A stretch of 64,000 nt of DNA from Eubacteriales bacterium. Lineage in GTDB: Bacteria > Bacillota > Clostridia > Oscillospirales > CAG-272. The notes under the pieces are model-generated. The model searched no databases and was not told where the DNA came from. It was given only the letters and a program-made list of their open reading frames with translations. The stretch lies in NCBI GenBank assembly GCA_045588145.1, contig JAZNDS010000034.1, positions 4,840 to 68,839 on the forward strand, given 5' to 3'. Positions 47,224-56,588 of the stretch are shown piece after piece. The position numbers and the translations under genes were made by a program. Every line of letters starts with the position of its first letter. The first letter of the stretch is position 1.

Positions 47224-48054
47224 ATGTCTTACAAAAGAATTCTAACCGTGCAGGATATCTCCTGCGTTGGCCAATGCTCACTGACCGTGGCCCTGCCGAT
47301 CCTTTCGGCGGCGGGGGTCGAGACCTCGATCCTGCCTTCGGCCGTGCTTTCCACGCACACCGCGGGCTTTTCGGGCTATACCTTCCGTGATCTTTCGGCG
47401 GATATGCCCGCGATCCTTGCCCACTGGGTCAAGGAGGGGATCGCCTTTTCGGCGGTGTATACGGGGTATCTCGGCAGCCGTGAGCAGTGCGACAGCGTGC
47501 TTTCGATCGTTGACGGTACGCTGAAGGACGACGGGCTTTTCATCGTGGATCCTGCGATGGCCGATAACGGTCGCCTGTATCCCGGCTTTGACGGGGCGTA
47601 TGTGGAGGCGATGAAGAAGCTTTGCGCCCGCGCCGATTATCTTTTGCCGAATATCACCGAGGCCTGCTTTCTGACAGGGCTCCCCTACCGCGAAAGCTAT
47701 GACGAAGACTATATCGGGGAGTTGATCGGGGCCCTTTTGGCCCTTGGCAGCCGAAACGTCATCCTGACAGGGGTCTCCTATCGGGAAGGAAGGACGGGGG
47801 TCGTCGTTAAGGAAGGGGACAGCTGCCGCTATTACGAGCATAAAAAGCTCCCGAACAGCTGCCACGGCACCGGCGATATCTACGCCTCGGCCTTCGTTGG
47901 GGCGATGATGAAGGAAAAGGGCGCCTACGAAAGCGCGCGCATCGCCGCCGATTATACCGTTTCCTGCATCGAAAAAACGGCCGAATGCCCCGACCACTGG
48001 TACGGCGCGGCCTTTGAGCCGATGCTGCCGAGGCTGATCGAGCTTCTGAAATAA
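47224..48054 (+). CDS. pdxK: Pyridoxamine/pyridoxal kinase (ribokinase superfamily).
   Basis: Reads ILTVQDISCVGQCSLTVALPIL with the GTGD anion hole near the C-terminus. Confidence 0.8.
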   Translation: MSYKRILTVQDISCVGQCSLTVALPILSAAGVETSILPSAVLSTHTAGFSGYTFRDLSADMPAILAHWVKEGIAFSAVYTGYLGSREQCDSVLSIVDGTLKDDGLFIVDPAMADNGRLYPGFDGAYVEAMKKLCARADYLLPNITEACFLTGLPYRESYDEDYIGELIGALLALGSRNVILTGVSYREGRTGVVVKEGDSCRYYEHKKLPNSCHGTGDIYASAFVGAMMKEKGAYESARIAADYTVSCIEKTAECPDHWYGAAFEPMLPRLIELLK

Positions 48055-48126
48055 AGCGGTAAAAAAGAAAAAGGATAGCAAGAGGTATCTTCCATAAAGC
48101 AGGTTTTACCTTCCGAAAAATCAAAA

Positions 48127-48158
48127 GGAGTACGGACGTTTCGTTCGTACTCCTTTTC
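48127..48158. terminator. pdxK terminator.
   Basis: GGAGTACGGACG-tttc-GTTCGTACTCC-TTTTC. Confidence 0.6.
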
Positions 48159-48226
48159 ACACGCCTTGCCTGCAAGGTATAGTGTGTTACACCTTTTAGG
48201 CGTATTGTCGGGTGGTGAGCATATCA

Positions 48227-48435
48227 GTGAAATGTTTTGCCAAGCAAAACGTGAAATAATGTGCTATTGCACATTGTGAAATATCTCACTTCGTTCGATG
48301 TGAAATGAAATTTGCCCACGTTCGCACAGCGAACATTTCACATTTGCGAAGCAAATATTTCACCGCGAAGCGACATCCCTTGCCCGAATGGGCAAATTTC
48401 GTTGGCGCACCTGCTTTATCGCAGGTGCGCCAACG
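48227..48435. repeat. Array of GTGAAAT (x4) then ATTTCAC (x2) 7-mers interleaved with small GC-closed hairpins. It ends in a 15-bp GC-rich hairpin at 48400-48435.
   Basis: GTGAAAT copies at 48227, 48251, 48276 and 48300. Palindromes GTTTTGCcaaGCAAAAC and AATGTGCtattGCACATT lie between them. ATTTCAC copies at 48335 and 48357 flank ATTTGCgaaGCAAAT. These are followed by TTGCCCgaatGGGCAA and CGTTGGCGCACCTGC-tttatc-GCAGGTGCGCCAACG. Confidence 0.6.
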
Positions 48436-48471
48436 CAGCCGTCTCTCTGTTCTTTTTTATGGGTCTTTTTC

Positions 48472-49914
48472 TTATCTTTTTTTCCAGGTGGAGCGGGAAA
48501 AAAGGATCAGCATCGGGAAGATCTCCAGACGCCCGACGAGCATCACGAAGGAAAGCCAAAGCTTGGATAGGGGCGCGTAGCCCGAAAAATTCCCCGCGGG
48601 GCCGATGACCCCAAGCCCCGGGCCTACGTTGTTAAGGCAGGTAAGCGAGGCCGAAAAATGGGTCTCGAAGCCACCGAAGCCGTCCAAGGATAAAAGGACC
48701 GTAGAGGAAGAAAGGATCAAAAGGTAGAGCGCGAGATAGCTGACGGTCGAGCGTACGGTCTCCTCGGGTAAGACCTCTCCGTCCAGCCTTGTCAGATTGA
48801 CCGAGCGGGGGCGCACCGCCTGCCGTACCTCCCGGATCGCGTTCTTGAAAAGGATGATCACACGGGAGACCTTCAAGCCCCCCGCCGTAGACCCCGCCGA
48901 GGCGCCGATCGCGGTAAGGACCAGCAAAAGGACCTTGGAAAGGGTGGGCCAGGCGTCGTAATCCAGCGTCGTGAAGCCCGTGGTCGAGGAAACGCTCGTT
49001 ACCTGGAAGAAGGCGCCACGCACACAGTCCGAAAAGCTTGCGGAAACCGAAAGCGTATTGGCGGTGATAAGAACCGTCGAAGCCGCGATGATCAGAAGAT
49101 ACACGCGAAGCTCCTCGCTGCGGAAGAATTCGCGGAAGCGCCCGATCAGCACGAAGAAATAGAGATTGAAATTGATGCCGAAGAGCAGCATAAAGATACC
49201 GATCACCCATTCGGCCGCGGGATTACCGTAGCCGCCGATCGAAGCGTTCAGAACCGAAAAGCCTCCGGTTCCGGCCGTAGCAAAGGTGCTGACGAGCGCG
49301 TCGTAAAAGGGTAACCCGCAAAGAAGCAACGCAATGATCTCTATCACGGTAAGCGCAATGTAAATGCCGTAAAGGATCAGGGCGGTCTGCCGTGCCTTCG
49401 GCACAAGCTTGCCCGTTTGCGGCCCCGGGACCTCGGCCCGAAGCAGGACCATCGAGCGGCTGTTGTCGTTCGGGAAAAGGGCCAGCATCAGCACAAGGAC
49501 CCCCATCCCGCCGACCCAGTGGGTGAAGGAGCGCCAGAAGAGGATCCCCTTCGGCAGCCCTTCGATCTCGGCAAGAATGGTAGAGCCCGTGGTGGTAAAG
49601 CCCGAAACCGTTTCAAACAGCGCGTCGATATACGAGGGAATCGCCCCCGAAAGAACGAAGGGGAGCGCCCCGAAAAGCGACAGAAGGATCCAGCCGCCCG
49701 CCACCATAACGAAGCCGTCCTTCGCGTAGATGCGGCGATCCTTCGGCCTTAAGAGCAAAAGAAGGACCCCGACAAGCAGAAGGATGCCCATCGTATAGAG
49801 GAAGGGCAGGGGGGATTCGTGATACACGACCGATACCAGCATGGGCAGGGTAAGCAAAGCGCCCTCCAACAGCAGCAAAAGGCCCAAGAGGTATCCAAGC
49901 ATTCGATAATTCAT
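48472..49914 (-). CDS. TrkH/KtrB-family K+ uptake membrane subunit.
   Basis: Four repeats of M1-P-M2 with GFTTTG/GF(S)TTG selectivity-filter-like motifs; the start overlaps the trkA stop (TAATG). Confidence 0.85.
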   Translation of the reverse strand: MNYRMLGYLLGLLLLLEGALLTLPMLVSVVYHESPLPFLYTMGILLLVGVLLLLLRPKDRRIYAKDGFVMVAGGWILLSLFGALPFVLSGAIPSYIDALFETVSGFTTTGSTILAEIEGLPKGILFWRSFTHWVGGMGVLVLMLALFPNDNSRSMVLLRAEVPGPQTGKLVPKARQTALILYGIYIALTVIEIIALLLCGLPFYDALVSTFATAGTGGFSVLNASIGGYGNPAAEWVIGIFMLLFGINFNLYFFVLIGRFREFFRSEELRVYLLIIAASTVLITANTLSVSASFSDCVRGAFFQVTSVSSTTGFTTLDYDAWPTLSKVLLLVLTAIGASAGSTAGGLKVSRVIILFKNAIREVRQAVRPRSVNLTRLDGEVLPEETVRSTVSYLALYLLILSSSTVLLSLDGFGGFETHFSASLTCLNNVGPGLGVIGPAGNFSGYAPLSKLWLSFVMLVGRLEIFPMLILFSRSTWKKR

Positions 49915-51272
49915 TATTTTATAATGTCTCCGATATTTTTCAGCTGTCCGCCAAGGGCGACGACCAGCACCGTATCGCCGTTTTCGATCACGTCATCGCC
50001 CTTCGGGATCACGATCTCGTTTTCGTGCATGATGCAGGCAATGAGGATCCCTTCCTTCGCGCGAAGATCCTTCAGCGGGATCCCCGTCAGGCCCTCGATC
50101 TCCTCCTTCACAAGGAATTCAAGCACCTCCACGCTCCCGTCAAAGAGCTTGTAAAGCGACTCGATCTCCGAATCCTTTTCCCCGTTGATCGAGCGGACGT
50201 AGCGCACAAGGCCCGCCGCGGTCGAAAGCTTTGGGGAAACGACGCCGAGCAGCCCCGCGCTTTTGAAGAAGTCGATGTAGGAGATGGTCCCGATCAGGGT
50301 AACGATCTTCGGGACCTCCTTCGTCTTGGCGTAGAGCGAGATGATGGCATTCTCCTCGTCGATATCCGAAAGGGCCAGAAACGCGTCGGTGCTTTCGATC
50401 CCCTCCTCCAAGAGGGTCTCCTGCTTCGTGCCGTTATCGCAAACGACGGTACAGGCGGGAAAATGCTCGGCCAGAAGGTGGCAGCGCTCCTTGTCCTTTT
50501 CAATGACCGTCGCCTCGATCTTGCTCTTTTGCAGAAGCTCACACAGATAATAGCTGACACGGCCGCCGCCCGCGATCAGAACGCGGCGCACGGGGTGCTT
50601 ATACAGGCTGATCGCGCGGAAGAAGGCGCCGATCTCGGCCTCGGGCGCCGTCACGCTGACAAGATCCCCCTCCCGCAGCACGAAATTACCCGAGGGGATA
50701 TAGGGGACCCCGTCCCGCATCACGGCGCAGACGAGGAAGTGCAGGTTCAGCTCGTTTCGCAGGTCGTACAGCGATTTGCCGACCAGAGGGCATTCCTCGC
50801 CCAGCGAAAACTCGGCCACCTCGACACGGCCGCGGCAAAAGGTATCGATCTTGGCGGCGGCGGGAAAGCGAAGCGTGCGGTAGATCTCGCGGGCGGCCGC
50901 CAGCTCGGGATTGATGGTGAAGGAAAGGCTATGCTCCTTCCGCATCAGCTGGACCAGCTCTCCGTACGCGGGGTTGCGCACCCGCGCCACGGTATGGCGG
51001 GTCCCCAGACGCCGCGCCGCCATGCAGGAAAGAATATTGATCTCATCCTCCGCCGTAATGGCGATAAGCAGGTCGGCCCGCTCGGCCCCCGCGCGGCGAA
51101 GCACCGAAATATCGGCCCCGTTCCCCGCGACCCCGAAAACGTCACAAACGTTCGTGACCTCGGTAAGCAACGAGGGCTCCTTATCGATCAGGGTGATGTT
51201 ATGCCCCTCCTCGGACAGTTGGGTACAGACCGCCGAGCCGACGGTTCCCCCACCGATAATAATGATATTCAT
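49914..51272 (-). CDS. TrkA/KtrA-family K+ uptake regulatory subunit with two RCK/NAD-binding domains.
   Basis: Reads MNIIIIGGGTVGSAV, with a second Rossmann motif VLIAGGGRVSY. Confidence 0.85.
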   Translation of the reverse strand: MNIIIIGGGTVGSAVCTQLSEEGHNITLIDKEPSLLTEVTNVCDVFGVAGNGADISVLRRAGAERADLLIAITAEDEINILSCMAARRLGTRHTVARVRNPAYGELVQLMRKEHSLSFTINPELAAAREIYRTLRFPAAAKIDTFCRGRVEVAEFSLGEECPLVGKSLYDLRNELNLHFLVCAVMRDGVPYIPSGNFVLREGDLVSVTAPEAEIGAFFRAISLYKHPVRRVLIAGGGRVSYYLCELLQKSKIEATVIEKDKERCHLLAEHFPACTVVCDNGTKQETLLEEGIESTDAFLALSDIDEENAIISLYAKTKEVPKIVTLIGTISYIDFFKSAGLLGVVSPKLSTAAGLVRYVRSINGEKDSEIESLYKLFDGSVEVLEFLVKEEIEGLTGIPLKDLRAKEGILIACIMHENEIVIPKGDDVIENGDTVLVVALGGQLKNIGDIIK

Positions 51273-51486
51273 ATCCATTCCCCCTTCGGGTCCTTCGTTT
51301 TTTGTTTTTACAAGTATAGCATATTCTTTTAAAAAATACAAGAACTATTTATGGGGCCGGGGCGCCCCCTTCGTTTGAGCATCACTCTTTTGTGCTATTT
51401 TTTCGTTCTTTTGTGCTTGTTTTAGCGCGTTTTCCGTGTTATGCTATACGTAAAGAGATCATACGATCCAAAAAAGGAGAACCGCT

Positions 51487-52536
51487 ATGAGACCGGTATT
51501 CGACAGCCATTTTCATTATTTGCACATTCATCCGCTTCACGAATCCGCCGCCCTTTTGGAGGAGGAATGCCGCTTGCGTGACGTCACCCGACTGGGTATC
51601 CTCGCCTGCCCCTCCGAGGGAACGCCGCAGGACCCCATTCAGAACGCGCAGGGGATCGGCTTGAAGAAGCTTCTTTTCCCCAAGGCCTATGCCTTTGCGG
51701 GGCTGATGCATAACAAAGAGCTCTCGGACGAAGAGCAGGCCAAGGATTTTGTGCGCCAAGCCGCCCTTTATTACGAGGCGGGCTTTGACGGCATGAAGAT
51801 GCTGGAGGGCAAGCCCTTTAATTACCGGATCATCGGCCGCAAGCTTGACGAGGAGGTCTTCGATCCCTTTTACAGCTTTTGCGAGGAAAAGGGCTTTCCG
51901 ATCGTGATGCACATCGCCGACCCGAAGGAATTCTGGGATATAAACAAGATCGACAAATACGCCTTGGAGCACGGTTGGTTCTGCGACGAGAGCGTGCCCG
52001 CCTTCGACGCGATCTACGATTCGCTTTTCCATCTCTTGGATAAGCACAAAAAGCTTACGCTGATATTGGCGCACTTCGGCTTCTTCAGCTACGAAAAGAG
52101 CCGCGCCGAGCGCTTTTTGCAGTACGAAAACACCTACATCGACACCACCCCCGCTCCCTCTGAAGTGCTGGCGATGTGCCGGGAGCTTGATTTCTGGGGG
52201 CCCTTTATCAAGAGCCATGCCGACCGCTATATCTTCGGTACCGATTCCTACAATCATATTTGCTCGCCTATCCGCCCGACGATCGTGCGTAACTTCTTTG
52301 AAAGTGAGCCGACCGATATCCACGATTACGTCGGCAAGCCCTATTGCGGCATCGGGGCCGATGAGGAGCTGATCCAAAAGGTATACGGCGAAAACGCCTA
52401 CCGCGTCCTCGGCGCCGAGCCCGCCCCGATCAACGAGGAGGCCGCCCGAAAAATCGTTGAGGAGGCGCGCCCCAAGGTCGCGCCCGGCTCCTTTGAGGAA
52501 GAGGAGATCAACACACTCGCCGAGCTTTTCAAATAA
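51487..52536 (+). CDS. Amidohydrolase-family (TIM-barrel metal-dependent hydrolase) protein.
   Basis: N-terminal DSHFHY metal-binding motif; later His and Asp residues (HIAD, AHFG, FGTD). Confidence 0.65.
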   Translation: MRPVFDSHFHYLHIHPLHESAALLEEECRLRDVTRLGILACPSEGTPQDPIQNAQGIGLKKLLFPKAYAFAGLMHNKELSDEEQAKDFVRQAALYYEAGFDGMKMLEGKPFNYRIIGRKLDEEVFDPFYSFCEEKGFPIVMHIADPKEFWDINKIDKYALEHGWFCDESVPAFDAIYDSLFHLLDKHKKLTLILAHFGFFSYEKSRAERFLQYENTYIDTTPAPSEVLAMCRELDFWGPFIKSHADRYIFGTDSYNHICSPIRPTIVRNFFESEPTDIHDYVGKPYCGIGADEELIQKVYGENAYRVLGAEPAPINEEAARKIVEEARPKVAPGSFEEEEINTLAELFK

Positions 52537-52544
52537 GAAAGGTT

Positions 52545-52590
52545 TTGTTTACAGAAACAAGAAAAAGAGCAGAAAATTCTGCTCTTTTTC
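52545..52590. terminator. Tandem hairpins between the convergent amidohydrolase and fucosidase genes; the second is a member of the AGAGCAG hairpin family.
   Basis: TTGTTT-acag-AAACAA and AGAGCAGA-aaat-TCTGCTCT followed by TTTTTCTTTTT. Confidence 0.55.
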
Positions 52591-52593
52591 TTT

Positions 52594-53925
52594 TTAATCA
52601 AGATAGACCTCGATGACGGGATAGAGGCTGTCGGGCGGGGTGATGGGAAGATCGAAGGTAACGGTATCTTCGACCACCTCGATCTTTTGCAGGTCGGTGT
52701 GCAGCTCGTTCTTGCGGTAGGTAAGCTCGCTGCCGTCGAAGAGGAACACGGCAAAGCGGATGCGATCGGTGATCCCCTTGATGGGGAGCTGCTTTAAGGG
52801 GTAATTCAGGATATGGATATACAGGCGCTTTCCGTCCTCGCTTTGGGTAAGCAGGCACCCGTCGGGCGCCTTGAGCCCCTCCTCGGCCATGGTACAGCCG
52901 TAGATCGCGCGGCCGTTATACTTCATCCAGCGGCCGTATACGCGGAGGGCATCAAGCGCCGCCTCAGGGAAGCAGCCGCGGGCGGTGGGGCCGACGTTCA
53001 TCAAAAGATTACCGCCAAGCGACACCGAATGGATCAGCATACGGATCATCATCTCGGGGGATTTGACGGTCTTATCCTCGCGGCAATAGCCCCAGTTCCC
53101 CGAATGCATGGTCTGGCAGGCCTCCCACACCACCTTTTCCCCCGTCTCCTCGTGGCGGAGCCACTCGATCGGAGAAACCTGCTCGGGCGTGCGGATATCG
53201 CCCTCGATCCCCAGGCGGTTGTTGACGAGAATATGTGGCTGCAGGTGGCGGATGAGCGCCATCAGCTTTTCGCTCTCCCAGTCCTCTTTTCCTTTTCCCT
53301 TGAAGAGCTTGGCAAGCTCGGGGAAATTTTGGGGGTTGGGGCCGTTAAAGGAAAAATCAAACCACAAAAGGTCGATCTTACCGTAGTTGGTGAGAAGCTC
53401 CTCGACCTGATTTCGCATATATTCGTTGTATTTCTTCTGGTCGCGTCCCGCTTGGCGCTCCTCGATCCCCGCGGTGGGGCGGGAGCGGGGGTGCGGCTCG
53501 TCGATGAGATAGGCCGGGTGATGCCAATCCAGCAACGAATAATAGAAGCCGACCTTCAGCCCCTCGGCGCGGAAGGCCTCGACGTATTCCTTGACAAGGT
53601 CGCGCCCGAAGGCGGTGTTGGTGATCTTATAATCGGTATAGGCGCTGTCAAAAAGGCAAAAGCCCTCGTGATGCTTGGTGGTAAGGACGGCATATTTCAT
53701 GCCCGCCTCCTTGGCGGCCCTTGCCCATTCGCGGGCGTCGAAAAGATCGGGGTTGAAATAGGTGAAATACTTTTCATACGCCTCCTCCGAGATAAATTTG
53801 GTGCGCTTGCACCATTCTCCCGTGGCGTTGATGGCATAGGTGCCGAAATGGATAAAAAGGCCAAGGCGATCGTGTGTGAACCAGGCGCTGTCGCCCGCCG
53901 TTTTGCGTACGTTGTGTAAGGGCAT
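52594..53925 (-). CDS. GH29 alpha-L-fucosidase.
   Basis: Reads FGTYAINATGEW...YAVLTTKHHEGFCLFDS...FYYSLLDWHHP, the canonical GH29 catalytic-domain motifs. Confidence 0.85.
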   Translation of the reverse strand: MPLHNVRKTAGDSAWFTHDRLGLFIHFGTYAINATGEWCKRTKFISEEAYEKYFTYFNPDLFDAREWARAAKEAGMKYAVLTTKHHEGFCLFDSAYTDYKITNTAFGRDLVKEYVEAFRAEGLKVGFYYSLLDWHHPAYLIDEPHPRSRPTAGIEERQAGRDQKKYNEYMRNQVEELLTNYGKIDLLWFDFSFNGPNPQNFPELAKLFKGKGKEDWESEKLMALIRHLQPHILVNNRLGIEGDIRTPEQVSPIEWLRHEETGEKVVWEACQTMHSGNWGYCREDKTVKSPEMMIRMLIHSVSLGGNLLMNVGPTARGCFPEAALDALRVYGRWMKYNGRAIYGCTMAEEGLKAPDGCLLTQSEDGKRLYIHILNYPLKQLPIKGITDRIRFAVFLFDGSELTYRKNELHTDLQKIEVVEDTVTFDLPITPPDSLYPVIEVYLD

Positions 53926-54029
53926 GCTTCTTCTCCTTTTCTTTTTGGTCTTCTCCTTTATTATACCCGAGCGTCAGCGGAGGCGTTATGCCGAAAGTAT
54001 CCAATATTTGTCTTATATTGCCGCACAAA

Positions 54030-54058
54030 TTGACAAAAGGCTTCCCCTTTGCTATAAT
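54030..54058 (+). promoter_or_regulatory. Consensus sigma-A promoter for the AraC-family regulator.
   Basis: TTGACA-17-TATAAT. Confidence 0.5.
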
Positions 54059-54082
54059 GAAGAAAAAAGAAAGGAAGAAGCC

Positions 54083-54871
54083 GTGAAGAACAGTCCTCCC
54101 TTTTTTCTCTCGGTCGATTATTGCTTCGGGGACAAGACCGCCCTCTCCCCCCGTTGGTGGCACGCCGAGAATACCGTCAGCCCCACCTCCAAGTTCTATT
54201 ACGTCACCGAGGGCGAGATCTCGGTTTCCACCGAACGGGAGAGCGTCATCGGGCAAAAGGGGGATCTTCTTTTCATTCCCGCCGGGGTCAGGCACAGCTT
54301 TCGTCTGACCGAAAAGGGGATCGGCGAAAAATACTGGTTCCATTTTTCGCTGCTTGCGGGGGAAGAGAACGCCTTTTCCCGCCTTCGGATCCCACTTTGC
54401 CTGCATACGGAGAAGGAGGCGGAGCTCCCCCGCCGCTTTGCCCGTATTATTGATCTTTCCAAAAAAAACGGCCTTCTGGAGCGGGCGGAGCTTTCCCGGG
54501 AGATCCTTTCGCTCGTTATTTTTTATCTTTCCAAGGCAGGGTACGAGGAAAAAAGCGGGGCAGAGGATCCCATCGAGCGGGCGCTTCGCCTGATCCGCGT
54601 GGGCGATGCCCCCGTGACCCTTCGAGAGATGGCCAGGCTTTCGGGCTACAGCCGCAGCTATTTCGTGCGGAAATTCAAGCAGCGCACCGGCACCTCCCCC
54701 ATTCGGTACCTCAACCGCATCCGGTTAGAGCGGGCACGCGGCCTTCTGCAAACGACCGACGCGCCGATCGGACAGATCATGGAGGAGGTCGGCTTTTGCG
54801 ACCCCGCCGCCTTCTCGAAAAGCTACAAGGCCCTCTTCGGCTATCCCCCGCGCCACGAGCGAAGCAAATAA
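54083..54871 (+). CDS. AraC-family transcriptional regulator (cupin sensor plus HTH), divergent from the fucosidase gene. GTG start.
   Basis: AraC-type HTH LREMARLSGYSRSYFVRKFKQRTGTSPIRYLNRIRLERARGLL; RBS AAAGGAAG. Confidence 0.8.
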   Translation: MKNSPPFFLSVDYCFGDKTALSPRWWHAENTVSPTSKFYYVTEGEISVSTERESVIGQKGDLLFIPAGVRHSFRLTEKGIGEKYWFHFSLLAGEENAFSRLRIPLCLHTEKEAELPRRFARIIDLSKKNGLLERAELSREILSLVIFYLSKAGYEEKSGAEDPIERALRLIRVGDAPVTLREMARLSGYSRSYFVRKFKQRTGTSPIRYLNRIRLERARGLLQTTDAPIGQIMEEVGFCDPAAFSKSYKALFGYPPRHERSK

Positions 54872-55060
54872 GCGTGTTATAACACGCTAAACTATGATTG
54901 CCCTTGGGGGCAAGTTATGAGTTATGATATGCTTCGCATAGTTATGATTGGCTTCGCCAAGTTTTAAGCTATAAGGGCAATCATATCATAACGTTTGCGC
55001 AGCAAATTCATAACGGCTCGGAGAGTTGCTTAGCAACAAAGGGAGGCTCATAAGTCTAAA
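54872..55060. repeat. A 16-bp palindrome, then an array of GTTATGA (x3) followed by TCATAAC/TCATAAG 7-mers interleaved with small GC-closed hairpins that have TTC, TTA or GCA loops.
   Basis: GCGTGTTATAACACGC (54872-87); TTGCCCttggGGGCAA; GTTATGA at 54914, 54921 and 54941; hairpins ATGCttcGCAT, TTGGCttcGCCAA, TTTGCgcaGCAAA and GTTGCttaGCAAC; inverted TCATAAC at about 54987 and 55009; outer inverted repeat CTATGATTGCCC/GGGCAATCATA. Confidence 0.55.
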
Positions 55061-55077
55061 GTAAAACCAACAAAAAA

Positions 55078-55130
55078 AGAGCAGACACAAACGGCGGTTT
55101 GATGCCTTGCGTGTTTGCTCTTTTTCTTTT
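55078..55130. terminator. Terminator between the AraC and MATE genes; a variant of the AGAGCAG hairpin family.
   Basis: AAAAAAAGAGCAGACACAAACGG...CCTTGCGTGTTTGCTCTTTTTCTTTT. Confidence 0.5.
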
Positions 55131-55149
55131 ACGGAAGCAAGCAAAGCTT

Positions 55150-56523
55150 TTATCCGCGCTCGTAGGGGAGAATTTTCTCCCTTTTTCTATCCCATTTCCG
55201 CTGATAGAAGAAATAGGGGATACAGACGGTAAGCAGGGCGCCGAGCCAGGCGGCGGGCTCCGCGAAGAAGAGGGCGTCGGTTGAAAAAGGAAGGATCAGG
55301 ATCTTCGCCATGATAATGCGCACCAGGCACTCCGAAAAGCCCGAAAGCAGCGACCAGTGCGAGATACCCATGGATTGAAGCACGTTGCGGAAGATGTGGA
55401 TCAGATAAAGAACAAAGAGGAAGACGCCGAGTATATGAAGGAACCGAAGCGCGATCGGCAGGGCAAGCGGGGTGGCGGGATCGCTTTTATCGAGGAAAAG
55501 CGAAAGCAGCTCCTCACCGAGAAAGAAAACGAGAGCACCGAAAAGAAGCGCAAACAAAAGACAAAGAAGCGAGCTGACGTACACCCCTTTTTTGATACGC
55601 CCGAAGTTCCCCGCGCCGTAGTTTTGCGCCGTGAAGGTGGCAAAGGCCATCCCGAGGGCGATCGAGACCGCCTCGAGGAGACCGTAGAGCTTGGAGGTGG
55701 CGGTATAGCCCGCAACGAACACACTCCCCTGGACGTTCACCGTCGATTGCAGAACGATCCCACCGAGTGACAAAACGATATACTGCAAGGCGATCGGCAG
55801 GGCAAGGGCGAGCATTTCCCTTTGCATACCGGGAGAGGGGCGGCCACGGCCGCGCGAAAGGTCGATCCCCTCGGTCCCACGGATCCGAAAGAAGCAATAA
55901 AGGAAGGCGAAAAGCTGGGAGATGAGAGAAGCCGCCGCGGCGCCGAACACCCCAAGGGGAAGCACCAGCACGAAAAGAAGGTCGAGCCCCACGTTAAGGC
56001 CGGCGGCGATCAGCATCGCGAAAAGCGGGGTCTTTCCGTCACCGAGGGCGCGCAGGATCGAGGCGGCCATATTATAGGCCATAACGATCGGCAGGCCTCC
56101 AAGCATCGTAAGAAGATAGGTGGCCGATTGTCCGATGATATCCGCGGGGGTATGAAGCAGCCGAAGCAGCGGCCACACCGACAAAAGCCCCACGGCGGTA
56201 AGCAGCACCCCGATGATGGCGCAAAGGCGGATCGAGGCGCCGATCGCGCGGTTCATGCTCTCCTCATCCCGATTGCCGAAATGGCGGGAGATAAAGGTGG
56301 CGAACGCCCCCGTCGCGCCAATGACCGTCCATAAAAAGAGCCAATAGCACCAGTCGGTCGCGCCAACGGCCGCCAGGGCGCGTACCCCCAGCCCCAGCCC
56401 GACGATCGAAGCGTCGGCGATCATATACAGCTGTTGCCCGATGTTCGAAAGGATCAGGGGAAAGGCAAAGCGCAAAAGGCGAGCGGCTATATTCCCGTTC
56501 GTCATATCGGTCACGCGGCTCAT
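55150..56523 (-). CDS. MATE-family multidrug or metabolite efflux transporter.
   Basis: 12 TM segments with a two-repeat MATE signature. Confidence 0.85.
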   Translation of the reverse strand: MSRVTDMTNGNIAARLLRFAFPLILSNIGQQLYMIADASIVGLGLGVRALAAVGATDWCYWLFLWTVIGATGAFATFISRHFGNRDEESMNRAIGASIRLCAIIGVLLTAVGLLSVWPLLRLLHTPADIIGQSATYLLTMLGGLPIVMAYNMAASILRALGDGKTPLFAMLIAAGLNVGLDLLFVLVLPLGVFGAAAASLISQLFAFLYCFFRIRGTEGIDLSRGRGRPSPGMQREMLALALPIALQYIVLSLGGIVLQSTVNVQGSVFVAGYTATSKLYGLLEAVSIALGMAFATFTAQNYGAGNFGRIKKGVYVSSLLCLLFALLFGALVFFLGEELLSLFLDKSDPATPLALPIALRFLHILGVFLFVLYLIHIFRNVLQSMGISHWSLLSGFSECLVRIIMAKILILPFSTDALFFAEPAAWLGALLTVCIPYFFYQRKWDRKREKILPYERG

Positions 56524-56588
56524 GCGATCCCCCCTTTCAAAATTCCTTTCTCTTTATACCACAAAAGAAGAAAGAAAGCAAGAAGAAA

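Noticed and set aside
48227-48435. CRISPR array.
   Set aside because: The repeats are 7-mers with 17-18-nt 'spacers' that are themselves palindromes. No cas genes are present. The geometry is wrong for CRISPR.
51273-51486. c-di-AMP (ydaO/kimA) riboswitch upstream of the ktrA/trkA-like gene.
   Set aside because: The leader between the TTGTAT-17-TATACT promoter and the start is about 40 nt, far too short for the pseudo-symmetric ydaO fold. A GC hairpin (GGGGCGCCCC) further upstream does not resemble it.
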